The notes beneath the pieces were generated by a model that had not been told where the DNA came from, did no database searches, and was given only the letters and a program-made list of their open reading frames with translations. DNA of 63,962 nucleotides, filler included, from Olpidium bornovanus S191 (Eukaryota; Fungi; Olpidiomycota): NCBI GenBank assembly GCA_017911155.1. It is 31 parts of 31 records of this genome, joined end to end, with 100 filler letters (N's around TTAATTAATTAA, not from the genome) between each part and the next. Parts side by side here need not be neighbours in the genome. Positions count along the whole stretch, not along the records: positions 21,155 to 24,054 come from JAEFCI010005860.1; positions 24,155 to 26,069 come from JAEFCI010004004.1; positions 26,170 to 28,796 come from JAEFCI010000906.1; positions 28,897 to 30,004 come from JAEFCI010007182.1; positions 30,105 to 31,936 come from JAEFCI010002993.1; positions 32,037 to 33,146 come from JAEFCI010012066.1; positions 33,247 to 36,990 come from JAEFCI010000765.1; 24 more parts are not named here. The stretch is one strand, 5' to 3'. The position numbers were made by a program, and so were the translations under genes. This document shows, piece by piece, positions 23,597 to 33,600 of this stretch (position 1 is the stretch's first letter; each line of letters starts with the position of its first letter).

Positions 23597-23772
23597 CTGA
23601 GGGGTACTCCTGATGCCCAAATCCGAAGTCTCGCGCACCTCATAGGATATACAAAAACGAGAGTCAAACCCCTCCACAGGAGACCCATTTTGGTCCGGAT
23701 TTGGAAATTTTCACTAAATGTTTTTCCGGATCAAAAGCAATCCGTTTTCGACTAGCCGAAACAATTGATGAA
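23597..23772 (+). repeat. Interspersed repeat family C, copy 1
   Basis: Aligns by eye to the reverse complement of 32850-33015 (shared CTGAGGGGTACTCCT, AAAAACGAGAGTCAAAC, CCATTTTGGTCCGGATTTGGA, GTTTTCGACTAGCC). Confidence 0.85.
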
Positions 23773-24724
23773 AACTTCGAATAAGGGGTAGGGCTCATCG
23801 CATCATTGTACACTTACCCGTGGCGGTTATTGGCATCGGTTGTTGGCCTCGACCTGATAACATGCCTTGAACGGGGGAGAAAAGTTTTGCCGGACGCGAA
23901 ATCACCGGGAAGGATGGAGCGGCTGCAACAATGCATGCAGCCATCTCCTGTAAAGAATTACCGATATCCGGAGCGGAACTGTCCGTAGTGTTGGCTTCGA
24001 GTTGGGGTAACTCGGGGCAACTCGCCCGAACTCGCGAGTCGGGCAGTGTTCGAGNNNNNNNNNNNNNNNNNNNNNNNNNNNNNNNNNNNNNNNNNNNNTT
24101 AATTAATTAANNNNNNNNNNNNNNNNNNNNNNNNNNNNNNNNNNNNNNNNNNNNCATGTCTCCCCCCCCCTTTTCTCACCGGCTTTCGCACAAAAAAAAA
24201 AAAAAAGGCACGCTCCCCGGCCAGTTCTGAAAGAGACATATTGATCGTTATCCTGCCTCGCCCACTTTCCTCCTCATCTTTCCTCCGCCGCAACTTCCCG
24301 CCTCTCCTCTCTCTCTCTCTCTTCCCTCCCGTTCTCTCGGGCGGGCGGACAACACCTCTCCCCAGGTCCACCCCCGAGCGCCGGCGACGAGAAGCGCGAT
24401 GCAAGGCCCTGGCAGGGGAAACGGAGAGAAGCGGAAGAGGAGGTTGCCGGCGCCGGCAGGCCCTCGGGGAGAGGGCGGCCCCGCGCGCGGCGAGAAAGAA
24501 GTCAGGGGGAGAGAGGGAGAGGGAGAGGGAGAGAACAAAGTCCGCGAGAAAGGAACGTTCGGAAAAGGGCGGGGACCGGGACGGGGGACGCGGAGAGGCA
24601 GGGAACGTCACGTCACTTTCCGCCGGGCCGATTTTGCGTTACAGAGAGAGATCGCTTTGTGTGACTTACAACCTCCGACCTCCGACGAATCGCAAAAAAA
24701 AAAAAAAAAAAAAAAAAAAAACCA

Positions 24725-26069
24725 GCTTCGCTTGTGCCGCGTTCTGGGACTGACGGCGTCCGTGTCGGGATTCGCCGCCAGCCCCTCCGATCCAGACGTC
24801 TGCGCGTACGCGGCCGGCGGGGTGGTGGTGGTGTATAATTTCGCCACCGGTGTCCAGCAGTGCTTCCTTTCCGCGGCGTCGTCCGAGCACGTCCCGCACG
24901 CGACGAGCCTCGCGGGCGGCGGCGGCGGCAGCGGCGGCGGCGGTGGGGGCGGCTCTGCCGCGCGGGAGAGCCATGCGACGCCGTCGTCCTCTGGCCTCCA
25001 CTCGGTTTACGGCCTCGGGTCGGGGGACGACGGCGGCTCCAGGTTCCGGAGGTCGGGCGAAGCGCCCAAGCCCGTATCGTGCCTGGCGTGGTCGTCGAAC
25101 GGCCGGCACTTGGCCTTTGGGGAAATCGGCCACAAGCCGCGCATTCTCATCGCGGACGTCCAGGAGCGCACCGTCGTCAGGACAATCTGCGGCCATAAGT
25201 TCGCGGTTTCCGCGCTGGCATTCTCGCCAAACAACCAATACCTTGCATCGTTGGGATTCCAGGTAAGCCGAGCAGCGGCGAACGATATGATTGTTCCGTT
25301 GTTTCCCCGGCTCTTTTCATGTTTTGCTCCTACGGTTGACGCTCCGCCCCACGGGAATCTCTCTCGAGCATGACGGCACCCTGTGCGTCTGGAACTGGAA
25401 GACGGGCGCAAAGGTCGCCAGCAACAAGGTCAGCGCGAGAGTGCACTCCTTGAGGTTCTCAGGCACAGGCTCGTGCGTGGTCACCGCCGGACAGCGCCAC
25501 GTGAAGTTTTGGTACCCCGGGTTCCCGGCGGAGCGCAGATCTTGGGCGCCGCAAGGGCACGGCCAGGCCGCCGCTCACGTACTCGAGGGGCGGTCCGCGG
25601 TTTTGGGGGAACTCCGAGACAACACGTTCGTTGACGCGGCGTTCGAGGCCGGGAAGTCGGAAAACGTTTACTGCGTCACAGCTGCGGGGCAGCTGTGCAT
25701 GTTCACCGAAAGCCGCGTGCTGGAGAAATGGGTTGACCTGAACGTAGGAGAGTGGATGAGTCATTTTTGTCGGCCGGCGGTAAAACGTCGTCACGACGGC
25801 GGCTGGTTGACTAATCTCTTGCGCCTTCTCCCGTTGAAAGGCGAAGCGCGCGTCGTCCGTGTCGGTCACGCACAATTACGTCGCTTGCGGCTGCTCAACG
25901 GGCATCATTCGGTTCGTTTCGCTCGGTCACACGGCGATCTACTCACCGCATGAAAAAAATTAAATCACGTATACATTCCGTAGCCTGTTCGAGCCGAGCT
26001 CCTTGAGGCATCTGTGCACCTTGCCGCAGGCGCCCGCGCTGGACAAGGACGCTACGTCCTCGACGTCCG
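24725..26069 (+). CDS. WDR62/MAPKBP1-family WD40 protein, N-terminal part, spliced
   Basis: LCRVLGLT...AYAAGGVVVVYN, GEIGHKP, HKFAVSALAFSPNNQYLASLGFQ|HDGTLCVWNWKTGAKVASNKVS, VTAGQRHVKFWY, LEGRSAVLGELRDNTFVD, RVLEKWVDL. Confidence 0.92.
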
Positions 26070-26216
26070 NNNNNNNNNNNNNNNNNNNNNNNNNNNNNNN
26101 NNNNNNNNNNNNNTTAATTAATTAANNNNNNNNNNNNNNNNNNNNNNNNNNNNNNNNNNNNNNNNNNNNCCCCCGCGGAGGGGCCCGCGGCCGCGCGGGC
26201 GCTTCGTTCATCCGAC

Positions 26217-28796
26217 ATGACTTTGGAACCCGGCGACTCCGCCGCCGCGGCAGGGGCGGCTCCGCGCGGTTGCCAGTTCAAACGGGAAACCGCGCGGGCG
26301 GCCGGCGAAGTCGACGCCGCCGCGTCTCTCGGCTGCGGAGAACAGACGGTCGACCGCACGCGCGGCCCCGCAGGTGATGGCGGCGGCGCGGACGGCGCCG
26401 TCGGCTCCGAGGTCCCCGCGCCGCTGGCGGCGTCGACTCGGGCGCCGGACGCGGGGCCCGCGCCGTCTACCGAGATCGCGCCGGAAATTGCCGCGGACGG
26501 CGCTGATCCCGAAATTTTGCGCGAGGACCGCGACGGCGGCGCGGACGGCGCGGACGGCGCGGAGACTCCAGAAGACAGCGTCAAGTCGAGCTCGGAGAAA
26601 GGCACGCCTGGTGCCGGCGTCTGCCCCGCTAACCGAGCCGCTACGGCGAATTCTGAGGGAGCCGGCGAAGTCCGACTGCCGCAAACGGCCCAAGGGGCGA
26701 AGGCGTTTACAATCGATGGCAGGGCCGTGCCGGACGTCGACGAATCCATAGTCGATTTTCACCCTAACGGGACTCTGCGGTCGCAGAGGGAGTTGGAGGT
26801 ATTGGTCCCAGAGGAGTACAAAACGGCCTCTGGTATGGTCCCGCGCAGCTACCAGCTGGAACTGTTCCAGAGGGCTCTCAGGGGAAACTGTATTGCTGTG
26901 CTGGACACAGGGTCGGGGAAGACCTTTGTTGCTGTGCTGTTGGTTAAGCACATGTTCTCGGAGGAGCTGGTCAGGCGGAAGTCGACGAAGCAAGTGGGTA
27001 TCGATTCCTCAAGCTTGACCGCTGTCCCTTTTTTTTTTTGGGTGGACCCGGCGGCTGCTCCGTGGAAGGCCTTCGGGCTTCGCGACGCGGGCGCCACGTG
27101 CAGACAGGACTACTTCCGAACACGACTTAGAGCGTGCGTCGACGGGGTCTTAACCACCTTCACGGATAATTATAGAGGCGCCATACCTTTTTTCTGGTCC
27201 CGACCGTCCCGCTAGTCCACCAGCAGGCACGCGTCCTACGCGCTAATACCCCGGCGGTGGTCAGGGAGCTGTCCGGTGGCATGGACCTCGACCTCGAGAG
27301 CTGGAATGTCGAGATGTGGCAAATGGAGTTCGAGGTCACCGACATTTTCGTGTGCACGCCCCACGTCCTGTTGTCCATGTTGAGGAAGGCTTTCATGATG
27401 ATGGAGAAGGTGGGCTGTTTTGCAGGGGCTGTCAACGGTCTCTACCGCGCTGGCGAAACTGATCTGTCTGTGCATTTGCACTGCGTTCCGGATGATAGAT
27501 TAACCTGCTCGTCTTTGATGAGGTCGGTACGAAGTGTCTGTTTTCGGTGCATAAAAGAAGCTCTGAACCCCCTGCGTTTCGCTGACGTGCTCCCGAGCAC
27601 CCCTGGGAAATTAGGCTCATCATGCGCGGAAAGTAGGTACAGGCGAATATAACGGCGAGAGAGCCCAGATTGATTGTTTACTGATCATGTCCGGCGCTAC
27701 CCAGAACCATGCCTAGTATGCTTGCGGCGACTCGTCTGGCCAGAAATGTTTGGAGAATATGTAGCTGACCGACCACAAATCTGGTGGAATTTTGGAAAGC
27801 AACATGATCATGATGGAGTTTTATTCGCAGTGTCCTTCGGCAAGCAGGCCAAAGGTTTGACGGTTTCCGCGTGCTCGTACAGCGAAGCGCCAGATTCATA
27901 GTGACCGGGCGTTCAACTGCACAGATTTTCGGGCTCACCGCGAGCCCAAGCAATTCCAAAACGGGGGTTGATGCTTCGATTAAGCAAGTCGCTTGCGTTA
28001 TTTGATGCTCTAAGCTGTGGGCACCGCCGAGGCCGGTACTAAATTGCTTGCCGATCGCCTCGCCACAGGGAACTCGAGCAGAACCTGTCCGCTCGGGTGT
28101 TCACTGCGACGAGGGGAGAAGACGTTCTGCAATTTATGTACCGCCCGGAGGAAGACGTAATCCGGTACGCCGCACCGCGAAAATACGAAGCCTGTGAGTC
28201 TCCGCTGTACGAGGAGCTGGTGGCCAAGCTCTCCCGCATTTCCAACTCCAAGGTGAAGAGGATGCTATCGGATGCGGACTGGACGTTCAAGAACCTGGGC
28301 CCTTGGGCTGGCACGCACGTGCTCGTGACGGCGCTAAGGGATACGGAAGTGAACACCCTCGACAAACTGCCTTCGTCCGTTTCAAATAAGGGAGGGAATA
28401 AGGCGGAAAGCGGCGAAGATGAGGGCGCTAGCCGGTGGCGCAAGGAGGGCCCTAACGTTAATCCGTTCACCGAGGAAGAGATGAAATATCTCCACGAAGC
28501 CATTGACACCCGGGACAGTCGTCCCGAGCTCGCGCCTCGCATGAATGAAAATTCGTTGTCGCCGAAACTCATGACCGTCCTCAAAGTTTTGCAGTCGTTC
28601 TCGCTGGTGCCGGAATTTAGAGGTAGAATATTTTATGGGTCGTGCTGTTCCCTCTGCTTCTGCCGGGCCGATATGCAATTGGCGGAGTGACGGGTCCCGT
28701 GTGGATTGAAAGCAAATGCTAAGGTCGGAATTTCTAATCTATCCCGTTCTTTGTGAAGGTATCGTCTTCGTCGAGCGCCGGAGGACGGCAAGTCAG
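26217..28796 (+). CDS. DCL: Dicer-like protein, N-terminal DExD/H helicase region, spliced and 3'-truncated
   Basis: [88 protein letters not shown], |GIVFVERR. Confidence 0.9.
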
Positions 28797-28896
28797 NNNN
28801 NNNNNNNNNNNNNNNNNNNNNNNNNNNNNNNNNNNNNNNNTTAATTAATTAANNNNNNNNNNNNNNNNNNNNNNNNNNNNNNNNNNNNNNNNNNNN

Positions 28897-29236
28897 CATG
28901 CAGGACCTCACCGGAGTGTCGGTGGGAGTCCTGAGGCGGATGTTGGAAAACGACAAACTCGTCAAGAAAATTAAACTTGTACGAGTTCAAGATAAACCAC
29001 GGCCGCAGCGCCAAAATGGTATCGTGCAGCAAGGGAGGAACGAACTTCGTGATAGCGATCAATTACAAAGAGTACGACGAAAACCCGTCTTCATCCGCGC
29101 GTTTGCCGAATTCAAAAACGGCGACAACCAAGCCCTGGCGAAAATGCTCAGGAACTACATCGTCACGGTCCCGGACGTGTCGTACCCCACACCTGCCATC
29201 TACAAAGTACTCAACGAGATCGAACACCTGGCGTAG
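28897..29236 (+). CDS. Intronless ORFan, interrupted by two compensating homopolymer indels
   Basis: Best reading: ...LVKKI(N)LYEFKINHGRSAKMVSCSKGGTNFVIAINYKEYDENP(V)FIRAFAEFKNGDNQALAKMLRNY...EIEHLA*. No homologue recognised. Confidence 0.45.
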
Positions 29237-29324
29237 GCGGGCCGTAAAAGGCGACACCGGAGGCGAGTCGGGCTGGTGTCACTTCTTGCGTCCGAGCTTG
29301 ACCGCGCGGAGACGGTTGATCAGA

Positions 29325-29662
29325 TCAACCCTTCCTGTCTTCCTTGATAACGGGCGCCAGGTTTGGGAGGCCCACGCTTTCCTTTACCTTTTCCCCCAGC
29401 AGTTTGATACACTTCGCCAAGACGTCAAAGTCCTGGTCGCTTTCGCCTCCTGATAGAAGTAAGCGTACATCTCGGTGAGGTGGATTTTCGACATTTTGAC
29501 GAACACCGGAGGCAGGCGGAGCGGCGCTTCGACCCCGTCTTTTGAAGTCCGAATAGTGTAACCCTGGTAGGAATCGAGCTCGAGTTCCTTGAAAGTGGAA
29601 TCCGCCAGGCACTTTTCGAACTCCGACAAGTCCTCGTTCGGAAAGCGCGATTCCCCCGCCAT
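29325..29662 (-). CDS. Intronless ORFan with one probable frameshift
   Basis: Start context AAAATGGCG; MAGESRFPNEDLSEFEKCLADS...YAYFYQEAK. A one-base shift continues as SDQDFDVLAKCIKLLGEKVKESVGLPNLAP...*. Confidence 0.45.
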
Positions 29663-29729
29663 TTTGACTTCACAACCGCCCGATCACGGACGACAACCAG
29701 AAACATATTTTAAGACCGGCCCCGTCGCG

Positions 29730-30004
29730 TCACTTGATCCGCGTATACCGGCCTGTCTCCTCCAGGCACGCGGTCAGCACCTCCCTGCAGTCCCGCTCTC
29801 CGTAGATATCCGACAGGGGTTCTATCACGCTGGTCCGGTCGTTAACTGTGCGGAACAGGAACGGTGCCAACTCAGGATTCTTTTCCAGCCGTGCTCGAAA
29901 CCGCTGGTTCAACTGCTCCCCCGGCAGCAGAGTGTGAAGGGGTGTCTTTTGTTCAATAAGGTAATCGTCATTGCTCCAAAGCACAGACACGATGGAGCTG
30001 GAGG
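29730..30004 (-). CDS. Intronless ORFan, open at the contig end
   Basis: SVLWSNDDYLIEQKTPLHTLLPGEQLNQRFRARLEKNPELAPFLFRTVNDRTSVIEPLSDIYGERDCREVLTACLEETGRYTRIK*. Protein-like composition, no homologue recognised. Confidence 0.45.
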
Positions 30005-30104
30005 NNNNNNNNNNNNNNNNNNNNNNNNNNNNNNNNNNNNNNNNNNNNTTAATTAATTAANNNNNNNNNNNNNNNNNNNNNNNNNNNNNNNNNNNNNNNN
30101 NNNN

Positions 30105-30459
30105 CCCCCCCCCCTGACTGCCCCCGCACCCCCCCGCACCCCCCCGCACCCCACCGCACGCAAGAACTCGGAGCCCCGCGTGGTAACCGCGCGGGAAGGG
30201 ACCGGACGCACCGCGTCGACGGACGCGACGTCGAAGGACGGCTTTGCCGTCGACTTGCCTTCTGCTCGACGTCGGCGAACATAAATAGCGTCCCTCCCGC
30301 TCCGTAACTCGATTTCGAACCCAACCTTACCTTAACTTTACCGACCAAACTTTTACCTTCCCCTTTCGACTGCACTGGCAGCCCTCGTCACCTTACCTGT
30401 AGCTCCTTGCACAGACCTGACGTGGGAGAGGAATAGACGTTTAACCTTGCCGCAGTACA
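30105..30459 (+). mobile_element. LTR-like interspersed repeat family B, copy 1 (ends ...CCGCAGTACA)
   Basis: Its reverse complement matches 43817-44150. Homology stops sharply at TGTACTGCGG in both copies. Contains ATAAATA. Confidence 0.75.
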
Positions 30460-31119
30460 GTTGTCGTCTCCAGAAACTGCAGTTCGGGAAAACGTGGGAA
30501 ATCGTCTGGAAGCTTGAGCATGTTCCTCCCTGACCTCAGCCTTTTCCCCCGAGACCGCAGCTCGTGAGGACATGGAGGGCGTCGTAGAGGTGGCTCTTGG
30601 ACTCATTGGGGCACAGCGGAGGGCTCGGCGGAGGGCGCAGCAGAGGGCGCAGCGGAGGGCGCAGCGGAGGGCGCGCAGGGGGCGCAGCGGGGGGGCGCAG
30701 CGGAGGGCGCGGCGGAGGGCGCAGCGGAGGGCGCGGCGGAGGGCGCAGCGGAGGGCGCGGCGGAGGGCGCGGCGGAGGGCGCAGCGGAGATGCGCGCAGC
30801 GGAGGGCGCGCAGCAGAGGGCGCAGCGGAGATGCGCGCAGCGAAGGGCGCGCAGCAGAGGGCGCAGCGGAGGGCGCGCAGCAGAGGGCGCAGCGGAGATG
30901 CGCGCAGCGGAGGGCGCGCAGCAGAGGGCGCAGCGGAGGGCGCGGCGGAGATGCGCGCAGCGGAGGGCGCGCAGCAGAGGGACGGCGCGGTTACAGGCAG
31001 GGCGTCCTTGGGCTCATAACCTGTCGCGTTTTGTTTTCCCTTTTATTTCGTTTTGGGGTGCGGCGTGGGAAGTAAAAGTAAAAAGGAGGAGGGGAGCGCG
31101 AACGAAACAAATTGTAACA
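30460..31119 (-). mobile_element. Nested short-LTR element: 98-bp LTR (31119-31022), PBS GGTTATGAGCCC (31021-31010), GC-rich tandem array, possible gag start
   Basis: On the minus strand: TGTTACAA...AATAAAA...GCGACA followed directly by GGTTATGAGCCC. It interrupts the Copia integrase just before SLWVEAW. Confidence 0.7.
30613..30980. repeat. GC-rich degenerate tandem repeat built from ~9-12-nt units (GCGGAGGGCGC / GCAGCAGAGG / GCGGAGATGCGC)
   Basis: Directly visible reiteration over about 370 bp. Confidence 0.9.
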
Positions 31120-31936
31120 CCTCTCTCTGGGTTGAAGCATGGCGCACTGTGGTATACGTGTACAACCGCGTACTGCATTCACACCACGGTAAAGTCCAGC
31201 TCGAAATCTTGATGCCGCAGATGCCACCGATCATGCTCGCGCACATGCGCGTATTTGGCTGTGTGGCATTTGCGCACTTGACGAAGGACGAGCGGGCGCA
31301 CAAATCATTGCCTACGTCGGAGAAAGTGATCTATGCTGGATACGGCTCCACCACGGGCATCTATCGCTTTTGGCGGCCCGTCGCCAATGAAATGCTAGAG
31401 CGCCGCAACGCTGTTTTCCATGAAGACTGTCGCTATGATCTCTCGGAGTTCAACTTTGCCAAGAAAGAGCAAACCGTCGGCGCCGATGGTGACATCTCTG
31501 ATGAAACCTCTTACGAAGTCCAGCGGATCCTCTGGCACCGTATCAACGACGACAGTGACCCTGAGTCTCGGATTCGCTGGAAGGGCTTCAACTCTTCGCA
31601 CGACACTTGGGACCCACTAGACAATCTTGACGGCTGCTTGCCGAAGCTTCACGCTTGGCACAAGGCACGTCGTCATCCACTTCCTGCATGGTTATCTCCC
31701 TTGTCGGAACCGATAACCTTTGTTGGTGAGGAGCACTCAGCGTGCCCACGGTACGACCTCAAGCCCCGCACCTATCAAGAGGCAATCTCTCGCCCCGATG
31801 GACCACGTTGGGATGCCATGATGCGGAAGGAGCTCGTTTTCCTCGCGGAGAATGGCATCTTTCGCCTCATCCCGCGTCCCGAGACGACATTGAAAGCCAG
31901 ATGGGTTTTCAAGTTGAAGCTGAATCCCGACCTCAG
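31120..31936 (+). mobile_element. Ty1/Copia pol fragment: integrase C-terminus + chromodomain + start of reverse transcriptase, one open frame
   Basis: SLWVEAWRTVVYVYNR...HMRVFGCVAFAH...YAGY...YRFW...NAVFHE (Copia integrase tail); YEVQRILWHR...RWKGF...DTWDPLDNL (chromodomain, 31512-31664); KPRTYQEA...RWDAMMRKEL..LAENG.FRLIPRP...ARWVFKLK (Copia RT start). Confidence 0.92.
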
Positions 31937-32849
31937 NNNNNNNNNNNNNNNNNNNNNNNNNNNNNNNNNNNNNNNNNNNNTTAATTAATTAANNNNNNNN
32001 NNNNNNNNNNNNNNNNNNNNNNNNNNNNNNNNNNNNGCATGAGCAATTACCCCGCTAGGTACTGCGCACACCGTCTGAGCACGCTGTCGACGGCAACGGC
32101 GAATCAGAGATGGCAATCGTCCCGCTCCGGCCACACCCCTTCAAGGAGCATACCCCTTCAAGGAGCATACCCCAGATGTTCGCCCTGAAAAGTATAAGCC
32201 GGATAAACGTCCTGTGACCCGGAAAAAAAGGGGGGTGGACAAAAAAGTATGGCTACGCTTGGTTAACGTTTTACTCCAGCGATCGTCCCGTTTTCCGGGT
32301 CGCTTATAGGCGCTGCAGCGACCTCCTCCACTGCTCGCAAATCCAGCTTGTTAAATGTGAGAGATATGGCGGAAGTTGGGTCACGCTCCCCTGACCAGGT
32401 GACTCGTTGGAAGGATGCCTGTGATGCAATCTGAGCGGTGGAGCAGGTAACTCGGGATGCGCCGGAAGTTTTCCGAGCAGGTCCAAGCCAACTGCTGGTA
32501 ACACGTTGCGCGTGCCCTTGTCTGGGACACCGGGCCCGTCGTGCTTTGTGGGTCGGAACTGAAGGAGTACACAGGCCGCGGAGGAATTAGACGCCCGCTA
32601 CGTTCTGCTAAACGGCGACTGCTGTAACATCGTGGATGCATCTTTTCCCACCTCCCCACAACCTAACGGCAGTTGGGGAAAAAAGAACGGGACGGGGGGA
32701 CCTCCCTTCGCAACCGCCCCTTCCCTCCGTCCGCCCGGAAGTTTCGCCTGGCCGTAATTTTTTTTTTTAAAAAAAAGGAAAAGTCCTGGGCGACTCGCTC
32801 GCGATCGGGGCGCCCAACTTCGCCGCACCTGCGAAGGGACCCCAGATTC

Positions 32850-33015
32850 TCATTGATTGTTTAGGCTAGTCGAAAACAGGCTGTTTTTGGCCCGGCAAAA
32901 CATTTAGTGAGAATCTCCAAATCCGGACCAAAATGGGCCTCCTGTGGAGTGTTTGACTCTCGTTTTTGTGTATCTCGTGAGGTGAGCGAGACTTTGCATT
33001 AGGAGTACCCCTCAG
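32850..33015 (-). repeat. Interspersed repeat family C, copy 2
   Basis: Reverse-complement match to 23597-23772. Confidence 0.85.
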
Positions 33016-33484
33016 GAAGCCACAAGTAGGGGTGCCCCGTGGGAGGTGTTTACGTTCCTAAAAGTGGCCCGTACGGTGGAACCTGCTGGGGACCAGTCCC
33101 TCGTAACGGTGGACGGGATTATGTTCGAGCATGGCCCTCCTCGGCCNNNNNNNNNNNNNNNNNNNNNNNNNNNNNNNNNNNNNNNNNNNNTTAATTAATT
33201 AANNNNNNNNNNNNNNNNNNNNNNNNNNNNNNNNNNNNNNNNNNNNCATGTGGCAAATAGGTATTCCGCAGCGGCCAGGAAATCAACTTCTCAGGGGCTT
33301 GATCGCCGGTTATCTCTTTCTTGCTTTACGCCTTCTCCTTACAATCGCAACCCGGCACCATTTGGGACCAGGAGGCAGCAGCATTCATTAACGCGTATTT
33401 GAATCCTCTGCTTGACAAACCGATTTTTGGGGCAAAATTGACAGGTTTGAGGACTCTGAATACAGTGATCAAGTCATTTGACAC

Positions 33485-33600
33485 CTGAAAGTGTTATACG
33501 GATTACGGCAATCCGCAAGATGTTGGAACCTCAATCTCGATACCGAGCTTCGCCGCTTGGGATTTGTGGCTGTTCAAGGAGAACCGGTGCATCTACGCCT
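33485..33600 (+). mobile_element. Ty1/Copia reverse-transcriptase remnant
   Basis: LKVLYGLRQSARCWNLNLDTELRRLGF...GEP. Removing one G restores EPCIY. Confidence 0.75.

Noticed and set aside
23456-24048. Possible CACTA-like element bounded by CACTGCCC...GGGCAGTG with subterminal AACTCG repeats
   Set aside because: Only an 8-9-bp inverted match and no target-site duplication (ATA vs TTC).
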